Below, one piece after another: positions 38,061-45,900 of a stretch of DNA of 64,000 bases; the stretch's first letter is position 1; each line of letters opens with the position of its first letter. Under the pieces are notes generated by a model that did no database searches, was not told the origin of the DNA, and was given only the letters and a program-made list of their open reading frames with translations. This DNA is from a virus. The stretch is taken from positions 42,894-106,893 of the IMG/VR virus record IMGVR_UViG_3300036770_001342. One strand, given 5' to 3'. A program made the translations under genes and the position numbers.

Positions 38061-39077
38061 ATGGCAAATTTATTTAAAAAAGCAGCAGCCTTCACCGACA
38101 TACATTTTGGACTTAAGAGCAACAGTCTTGAACATAATCAAGACTGTAGCGATTTTGTTGATTGGTTCATAGAAACTGCTAAAGCAGAGGGATGTGAAAC
38201 TTGTCTTTTCTTAGGTGATTACAATCACCATCGTGCAAGTATCAATATCCATACTATGCAATATGGCTTACGTGCCCTTGAAAAACTAAACGATGCATTT
38301 GAGAAAGTGTATTTCATTCCAGGCAATCACGATCTTTATTATCGTGATCGTAGAGATATTCATAGTGTAGAGTGGGCAAAGCATTTGCCTAATGTACATA
38401 TTGTCAATGACTGGTTTAATGAGGGCGATGTTGTTATTGCTCCTTGGTTAGTAGGAGATGATTATAAGAAGTTAGCCAAGATGCATGGCAAGTATATGTT
38501 TGGTCATCTTGAACTTCCACGATTTTATATGAACGCCATGGTTGAAATGCCTGATCATGGTGAAATTAATGACGAACACGTTAGTGGTTTTGAACAAGTG
38601 TTCAGCGGCCATTTTCATAAACGTCAAGCACGTAAAAACATTTGGTACATGGGCAATGCTTTCCCACATAACTATGCTGACGCAAGTGATGATGCTAGAG
38701 GCATGATGATACTTGAATGGGGTTGTGACCCAGTATTCAAGTCATGGCCACAACAACCTGTATTCAGAGTTTACAAACTAAGTGATGTACTAGAAAATCC
38801 AGAGGGTTTGCTATTGCCTCAAGCAAGTGTTAGAGTACATCTTGATATTGATATTAGTTACGAAGAAGCAAACTACATCAAAGAAACATTGATACCAAAA
38901 CATCAACTACGCGAAATGTCATTGATACCAATCAAACTAGAACAACATCAATTGGATCTTGCTCCGGGTGAGTTGAAATTTGAAAGTGTTGATCAGATAA
39001 TAACCGATCAAATCAGCAACATCGAAAGTCAATTTTATGATCCTAAAATGTTGTTAGAGATTTATAGGAATTTATGA
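38061..39077 (+). CDS. gp47: Recombination endonuclease subunit (Mre11/SbcD-like), T4 gp47
   Basis: Metallophosphoesterase motifs DIH, LGD, GNHD, GHL, GHFH. Confidence 0.9.
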   Translation: MANLFKKAAAFTDIHFGLKSNSLEHNQDCSDFVDWFIETAKAEGCETCLFLGDYNHHRASINIHTMQYGLRALEKLNDAFEKVYFIPGNHDLYYRDRRDIHSVEWAKHLPNVHIVNDWFNEGDVVIAPWLVGDDYKKLAKMHGKYMFGHLELPRFYMNAMVEMPDHGEINDEHVSGFEQVFSGHFHKRQARKNIWYMGNAFPHNYADASDDARGMMILEWGCDPVFKSWPQQPVFRVYKLSDVLENPEGLLLPQASVRVHLDIDISYEEANYIKETLIPKHQLREMSLIPIKLEQHQLDLAPGELKFESVDQIITDQISNIESQFYDPKMLLEIYRNL

Positions 39078-40837
39078 TAGTACTAAAGAATATTACATTA
39101 CGAAACTTTTTGAGTATTGGTCAAGTTACACAGGCTGTAAACTTTGATAGCAAAGAACTCACATTGATTCTTGGTGAGAACCTTGATCTTGGTGGTGATG
39201 GCGCACGTAATGGTACTGGCAAGACTACACTAATTCAAGGTCTTTCATATGTACTATTCGGTACACCAATCAACAACATTCGTAAAGATAATCTAGTCAA
39301 TCGAACAAATGGAAAGAGTATGATGGTTACGCTAGAGTTTAGCGTAAACGGTGTTGACTACAAAATCGAACGTGGTCGCAAGCCAAACATACTCAAGTTT
39401 TATGTAGATAATAAAGAAGAAGAATGTGTCAACGATGCTCAAGGTGAAAACAAAGAAACACAAGAGCATATTGAACGTGCCATAAACATGACACCCGACA
39501 TGTTCAAACATATCGTTGCATTGAATACTTATAGCGAACCATTTTTGGCTATGAAAGCCAATGATCAGCGTAATGTTATTGAACAGTTACTTGGCATTAC
39601 GTTACTAAGTGAAAAAGCAGACCTCATCAAAGAACAAATCAAAAGTACAAAAGATAAAATTACCGAAGAAGAATATAAAAACAAAGCAATCGAAGAAGCA
39701 AATAAACGTATACAAGAACAAATTGATAATCTAAAGCGTAGAGCAAAGTTATGGGATAGTAAACACGATGAAGATTTACAAAAACTACGTGATGATTTAG
39801 AGGAACTACAAAAGATTGATATTGATCTTGAGTTGCAAGGTCATAAAGACTTTACCCTTTATAATCAGCGGAAAAAAGATCACGCAGACTTAGATAAAAG
39901 TATCAATAGAACCGAAGAAGATATTGCTAAAGAAGAAAAATCACTAAAGAAAATTGTAAAAGAATTAGAACAACTACAAGACCACAAGTGTTATGCTTGT
40001 GGTCAAGATTTCCATGATGAAAAACATACTTCAGTATTAAAAGAAAAAGAAAAGTCAAAGAAAGAGTGCGAAAAGAACATCAAGGAATATAGTGAATTAT
40101 TAGTAGAACTAAAGAAAACAAAAGAAGAATTAGGCCCTATCGGCAAGCAACCTAAACTATATTACGATACGGAACAAGAGGCGTTCCAGCATCGTAGTTT
40201 AGTTGATGGTTTAGTGAAGTCGATAGACGAAAAAACCAACGATGTGAACCCGTATAACGATCAAATAAGTGAAATGGAAAACCAAGCACTTCAAACTATA
40301 AGTTTTGATAAAATCAACGAGTACACCAGACTTGTTGATCATCAAAAGTTCTTGCTTGACTTATTGACAAGCAAGGATAGTTTTGTGCGTAAGAAAATTA
40401 TCGACCAAAACCTCAGTTATCTCAACGCAAGACTCACACACTACTTGGACAAGATAGGTCTGCCTCATCAAGTTATATTTTTGAATGACCTATCGGTTGA
40501 GATAACTGAACTTGGACGCGAACTAGATTTTGACAATCTAAGTCGCGGTGAACGTAATAGATTGATTCTTGGCTTGAGTTTTGCTTTCCGTGATGTATGG
40601 GAAAGTTTGTATCGCCCAATCAATACATTGTTCATCGACGAATTGATTGACAGTGGGTTAGATAGCATAGGTGTTGAAAATGCTATGGCCATATTGAAAG
40701 ATATGAGCCGCAATCGCAGTAAGAGTGTATGGCTTGTAAGCCATAGAGAAGAATTAGCAGGACGTGTACCTAGCGTATTGAAAGTAGTGAAAGAAAACGG
40801 ATTTACTACGTATAATACTAGCCACGATTTAGCATAA
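39074..40837 (+). CDS. gp46: Recombination ATPase subunit (Rad50/SbcC-like), T4 gp46
   Basis: NFLS, Walker A NGTGKTT, coiled coil with CYAC zinc hook, signature LSRGE, Walker B LFIDE, H-loop VSH. Confidence 0.92.
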   Translation: MIVLKNITLRNFLSIGQVTQAVNFDSKELTLILGENLDLGGDGARNGTGKTTLIQGLSYVLFGTPINNIRKDNLVNRTNGKSMMVTLEFSVNGVDYKIERGRKPNILKFYVDNKEEECVNDAQGENKETQEHIERAINMTPDMFKHIVALNTYSEPFLAMKANDQRNVIEQLLGITLLSEKADLIKEQIKSTKDKITEEEYKNKAIEEANKRIQEQIDNLKRRAKLWDSKHDEDLQKLRDDLEELQKIDIDLELQGHKDFTLYNQRKKDHADLDKSINRTEEDIAKEEKSLKKIVKELEQLQDHKCYACGQDFHDEKHTSVLKEKEKSKKECEKNIKEYSELLVELKKTKEELGPIGKQPKLYYDTEQEAFQHRSLVDGLVKSIDEKTNDVNPYNDQISEMENQALQTISFDKINEYTRLVDHQKFLLDLLTSKDSFVRKKIIDQNLSYLNARLTHYLDKIGLPHQVIFLNDLSVEITELGRELDFDNLSRGERNRLILGLSFAFRDVWESLYRPINTLFIDELIDSGLDSIGVENAMAILKDMSRNRSKSVWLVSHREELAGRVPSVLKVVKENGFTTYNTSHDLA

Positions 40838-40874
40838 ATTTTTCAAGCACTTGTAAATGAGATAAAATATACAC

Positions 40875-41441
40875 ATGCCTAGTCCACAAAAACAAAAAGG
40901 TTCGAGTTGGGAGCGTGAGGTAGCACGATACCTCAGTGAAATTTATCAAGAAAGTTTTATACGTGCTCCAGGAAGTGGAGCATATGTAGGCGGTAAAAAT
41001 AAAGTGCGTACTCAAATTTTACATGAAGGGCAGATACGCAGTTTTAAGGGAGACATTGTTCCAGGACAAAATTTTCCAAAATTTAACGCAGAGTGTAAAA
41101 GTTATGCTGATTTTCCTTTTCATTTAGTACTTACAGGACATTGTAAAGTATTAGATGGATGGTTAGATCAAATGATGGATGTTAGCGAACCGGGTGATTT
41201 AAATATTCTTTTCATGAAATTTAATCGCAAGGGTAGTTTCGTCTGTGTGCAAACTAACTTAACATGGATCACAGATCAATTTTTATATTATACAAGTGAA
41301 AAACACAAAGATTGGCTCATTATTGAGTTCGAACATTTTTTCAAACTCAACAAAGAATTACTTAAAACATATTGTTCAGGCTCATCAGACATAAAGTCTA
41401 ACTCCCCACAATTTAATACTTTAATTAATACAAACAATTAG
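40875..41441 (+). CDS. Holliday junction resolvase (PD-(D/E)xK, Hjc-like)
   Basis: KQKGSSWEREVA...RAPGSGA...GDI...AECK motif order. Confidence 0.7.
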   Translation: MPSPQKQKGSSWEREVARYLSEIYQESFIRAPGSGAYVGGKNKVRTQILHEGQIRSFKGDIVPGQNFPKFNAECKSYADFPFHLVLTGHCKVLDGWLDQMMDVSEPGDLNILFMKFNRKGSFVCVQTNLTWITDQFLYYTSEKHKDWLIIEFEHFFKLNKELLKTYCSGSSDIKSNSPQFNTLINTNN

Positions 41442-41444
41442 TTT

Positions 41445-41854
41445 GATAGGGGCAGCCCTATCCTCCTTGAGCAAGTCTAGTACACTAGTCACCTGCGGAT
41501 CTGGAGTAAAGATATACATTTGTATATCGTATACCGAGTGGGCAATCGACAGGTTTGCGAACCCACAATGAGTACATATCTTATTTCGTTTTGCGGATAT
41601 GTAACATGCGTTATAGTAGATGATGAGTCTACAACTACAGTCCATAAACTTTACAGTATAACCGGTAGCGTATAACATCACAACAGGGTAGTTATACGGG
41701 AACAAACGACATGGGTGAAGGGCAGGCAAGTCCAACCTTTGGTAGTGCTGAGATAGCACTACCATGGATTCAAAGCGGCAAGTAATCTAAATCCATATAA
41801 AAATTTAAATGACTGAGTGAGCGAAGCGAACGAAGTGTTGTCCGAAAGGACAAC
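41445..41854 (+). ncRNA. Unidentified large structured non-coding element (candidate ncRNA and/or replication origin)
   Basis: About 410 nt without a credible ORF in a gene-dense genome, visibly more GC-rich than its flanks, with about ten stems readable by eye. Strand tentative (GAAA loop on +). Confidence 0.6.
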
Positions 41855-41855
41855 G

Positions 41856-42086
41856 TTAAAAATAAGGAAGATTAGTTTTCTTTACCGTTTCCATGTGATC
41901 TTCAATTATTTCATTAATATATTTTCTTTCGGCATTGGACATATTTAAAATGTCTTGGTAACTTGCTCCACCACGAAGATGCCATGCCATGGATAATGCT
42001 GATTTTTTAATTCCCCCGATTTCTGCTTCCATATTTTTAACTAACTTCTCAACCTCATCGGGGGTTGCGTTTAGAAGTCTTAGCCG
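41856..42086 (-). CDS. gp51-like / tail assembly chaperone C-terminal ORF (own ATG at 42032, or reached by -1 frameshift)
   Basis: Manual translation: RLRLLNATPDEVEKLVKN-MEAEIGGIKKSALSMAWHLRGGASYQDILNMSNAERKYINEIIEDHMETVKKTNLPYF*. The S..DI.NM...ER helix pattern is typical of gp51/gpT-type chaperone parts. Confidence 0.7.
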   Translation of the reverse strand, partial: RLRLLNATPDEVEKLVKNMEAEIGGIKKSALSMAWHLRGGASYQDILNMSNAERKYINEIIEDHMETVKKTNLPYF

Positions 42087-42904
42087 AAAAAATCGCTAGC
42101 GTTTAGTGTAAATGGTTGTTTATATTGATGTGAGCAAGCAGCACATTGTATATCCAAAGGTTGAAGTTCTGTGCTAGCCTTTAATCTTGTGTTATAATCT
42201 CTTATAGTTTCATACATATTGGCATCACAGTTGCGTAGAAAATCTAGGATGTAGTCTTTTTGATCTACTGCTCCGTTTGGAGTTTCTACATACTCAATTG
42301 ATTTAGCAATTAATTGCATTGTTATGTCAGTAATACTTTTAATTGCTACTTGTGTAGCAGCAATTTTTTGCTTTTCATCTTCAATCTTTTCAATTTCAGC
42401 AAAACTTCTTTGAATATCAAATTGACCCAATGCTGCTTCATTCATTTCAGCATAGGTCATAGGTTTAAACTTAATTGATAGGTTATTAACATCTAGTTTT
42501 TGATCATAATTGCCCATTTTTAATGTTTGTAATACATTAACTAGATTGACACCGTATGTGTTAGTTTCTTTACATGAAGGACAACTTGTAGTGACATCTA
42601 AAGTGTTGTCGCCACCGGCTGCTCTTATACCAATCAGAACTGCGTCTAAGTCACTTGTAGTTAATCTCCATGGATCTTTAATATTAGGCAAACAACTTTT
42701 AATGACTTCTGCTACAGCGTTACCGTTAAACAATGCGTCTGGTGTTCTTAACGTAATTTCATCGATTGCTGTCATAGGATAAACCGGCAGTTCGCCGTTT
42801 TCAGGCATCGACAATACGTCAGGTGCATATCCCTTACCTTTGCTAGGCAATGTAATAAACACAGCGGGTCTACGAAAGTATTGTTTTAGCGGATTATTGT
42901 CCAT
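42080..42904 (-). CDS. gp26: Baseplate hub assembly / tail chaperone, T4 gp26-like
   Basis: ITLPSKG...V.PMTA.DE..L...DLDAVLIGIRAA...CPSC...CAAC...DFFG*. Divergent from the tape measure gene. Confidence 0.75.
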   Translation of the reverse strand: MDNNPLKQYFRRPAVFITLPSKGKGYAPDVLSMPENGELPVYPMTAIDEITLRTPDALFNGNAVAEVIKSCLPNIKDPWRLTTSDLDAVLIGIRAAGGDNTLDVTTSCPSCKETNTYGVNLVNVLQTLKMGNYDQKLDVNNLSIKFKPMTYAEMNEAALGQFDIQRSFAEIEKIEDEKQKIAATQVAIKSITDITMQLIAKSIEYVETPNGAVDQKDYILDFLRNCDANMYETIRDYNTRLKASTELQPLDIQCAACSHQYKQPFTLNASDFFG

Positions 42905-42922
42905 AAATTGAACCTCTTAAAT

Positions 42923-42989
42923 TTTGGTATTTTTACCAATTATAAATAATATAAGTCGAGATATTTATAATTAGGTAAAATACCCGAAA
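42923..42989. promoter_or_regulatory. Face-to-face TATAAATA late promoter pair inside an imperfect inverted repeat
   Basis: TATAAATA on + at 42941-42948 and on - at 42962-42969. Arms tttggtatttttaccaattataaata and tatttataattaggtaaaatacccgaaa. Confidence 0.7.
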
Positions 42990-42992
42990 AAA

Positions 42993-45900
42993 ATGACACC
43001 CGAACAATTACAAGAACTTTCAAATAACCTTAGCGATCTACGTGCAGCCATAAATCAGATTGCCGGATCTAGTAGTATTATGGCTAGTAGTCTTAATAGA
43101 ACTATTCAAGGGTTGGGTCAAGTTGACCCTGCATTTAGACGAGCAGCATCAGCATTGGGTGAAAGTGTTGATAGAACTAGACAAGCCGGTAATGCAATAC
43201 AGCAAGAGCAGCAAATAGCAGCACAAACCATTAAAAGAAATGCACAAGATCAAGAAAGTGCTACTAGAGGTTATGTATCTTCTTTAAGAAATTTAACTAA
43301 CGGCTTAACATCAGCAACTACAAGTTTACAGAATTTGTCGGGAGTAGCAGGTATTGCAGGAAATGCAGTATCGTCATTAGGTGTAAAAATGGGCGCAGCC
43401 GGCGAGAAAGCGGATGCGTTTGGAAAGTTTGTAGAGAACGTTGGCGGAGATATTTTAAGACAAGCAGAAGCATATAACTCTTTAAGAAATGCATTACAAA
43501 GATTGGGTGGTGCAGGAGAGCAAACTGCATCAAGTTTATATGCATATGCTAAAGCAGCAGGATTACACCAGGATACATTGAATTATATGCTTGCACCAAT
43601 GAGAACATTGGGCAACAGTATAATATCATTAGGTAAAGGTGCCGGCGATGCTCAAAGAGCATTTATGGAAATGCTTCAAGTCAGTGATGACCAAAGAGCA
43701 ATGTTTGCTCGTTTGGGCATGTTCCAAGAAGATTTGATTGCTAGACAGGCTGATTATGTAGCACAACAAACAGCAGCAGGTATCAGTATTAGAAATATGA
43801 ATACTGATATGCAAAGTTTGCGCAAAGCAAGCCTTGACTATGTAAGAAGTTTATATGATTTAAGTGCGTTAACTGGTCAATCAATTGAGCAAGAGCGCGA
43901 AAAACAAAAAGAGGCTGTTTACGAACGTAGATTGATGACCGAAATGTTCGCTAAACAGGCAGAAGCCGCCCGTTTAAGACGCGAAGCAGATGAAGCAGAA
44001 GCATTAGGCACACCTGAAGGTTTAGAAGAAGCGAGAAGAAAACGCGGTGAAGCAGCAGCGTTAGATAGACAGGTTCAAGCACAAGAAAAACTAATAAGAT
44101 CATTAAGCGAATTGCCGAAAGAAATGCGTGATGGCATTATTGGAGCAATGACAACAGGCGGTATTGTTAATGAAGGTGCAGAAGTATTAGCACGTCAGGG
44201 TGTTCTTGACGATATATTAGAAATTACAACCAATCTTAAAGATCGTGCAGAAAGAGGCGAACAGGTTGATCCAGAAATGGAAGCCCAACGCATCATGCAA
44301 ATTATTGGTGAAGGTCAAGCAAAAAATGCTGAAGTACTTAAAAATGCATTACTAGTAGGCGGAGATGACCTCGCTAAGAAATTAGGTTTTAGCATTAGAG
44401 ATATAGAATTTGCTAGAGACCAATTAGGTAGAGATCGCCCAGCAGAACTTGAAGCAGCAAGACGCAGAAGAGAAGCAGCAGAAGCACCGGGTGCTGATCG
44501 CGCCGCTGACACAGCAGCAGCATTACAAAATTTATCTATAAATGCTAACCAATTATCTAACGAATTAACAGCAGCAACAAGTCCATTTATACAAAGTTTT
44601 AATCTGATGACTAATACTGCTGAAGGTACTTCAACAGTATTGGGTAAATTAGGACAAGCGGCTGTAGATGCTATTACTGGACTATTAGAATTTGGATCGG
44701 GAGTTACAGGCGGTGCTGCAACAATACCTGAAAAGTTTGCAGGATTACCAACACAAGGCGGTAGCAGCACAATAGGACGTAGGCCTCCTGTCGATCAACA
44801 AGTAACTACCGCGCCTCCACCGCCACCTACAACTACTGCAACACCTGTAGTTGCTCCTCCGGCTACTACGCCGGTAACTACTCCTGTTACAGGAACACAG
44901 TCACAACCTGTTGCACCTACTCAAGCACCTACTACTGTACCTGCAGGAACAGCACAGCCTGCACCTAGTGCCACTAGCACGCCAGTACCTACATATACTC
45001 CTATTACTGTGGAAACAAATTTAGGAAATAGAATAACATTAAATGCCGGTGCAGTAGGAAAAATTGCAGGACAAATTAGAGAAGGAAAAAATAGAGACCA
45101 ATTAAGAAATGAAATTAAAAAATTAATTGGCACAAATACTGGATACAATACGGCTACAATTGATAAAGTTATAGATAAAGTTGCAGAGAGTTCAAATTTA
45201 CCTAAACCTGCAGGTAGTCAAGCAGTTGCTCCAACTACAGCGCAACCTGCCGCCCCTGCTACAGAAGTTGCTACACCTACTACTGAACCAGTCGTACCAA
45301 CTACAGCACAGCCTACTCCTGCAACAGCACCGATTGTTGCACCACCTACTACCGCAGCGGTAACACCTGAACCTGCAAGACCTGCTGAAAGACCTGTCAC
45401 TACTGTACAACCTCAAGTTGAAACTACTGGTAAAATTCCTGCTGATTTACCAGCACAAGAGTTTACACCTAGTGCTGATTTGAAAAATTGGATTAGAAGT
45501 CAAATTAGAAGGGGTCTAAGAAGAGACGCAGTGCGTAATGCGTTAATAGCCAATGGGTATACTCCTCAACAAGCAGACATTGCATTAACCGCCGAATTAG
45601 GAAACATACCAGGACAAATTGCGCAACCTACAACACCGGTTACTACTGCTAGACCTGAAACAACTCCTGCAACCGGAGCCGCCCGCCCAACTACATCCGG
45701 TGCAGCACCTACAACAGGTGGAAGTTCTCGACCAAATAGACCTGCAGCAACTACTGGTACTGGACCAACAGACTTTGACTTATCTACCCCTAATACGATT
45801 GATACTGTAAGTCCAGATCAACGTAGTTGGCAAAATCGTGAAAACGAGTTACGTGATCGTTTAAGTGATATGCTACGTAACAAGAAAACTATCACAAAAG

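Noticed and set aside
41616-41632. TGATGAG resembling the hammerhead core CUGAUGA
   Set aside because: Lacks the 5' C and a suitably placed GAAA, and it sits in a simple hairpin loop.
41421-41765. 114-aa minus-strand ORF across the structured region
   Set aside because: Non-ATG start, no RBS or promoter, atypical composition, and overlap with the resolvase. The hairpin array explains the region better.
41445-41854. tRNA, tmRNA, RNase P, or group I/II intron identity
   Set aside because: No T-loop/acceptor arrangement, no GAGGAAAGUCC, no convincing P7 or domain V, and no interrupted gene. A covariance search is still needed.
41837-41854. Hairpin GTTGTCC-GAAA-GGACAAC as a plain intrinsic terminator
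   Set aside because: It has no proper U-tract on either strand. It is treated as part of the structured element, though a 3'-end role is not excluded.
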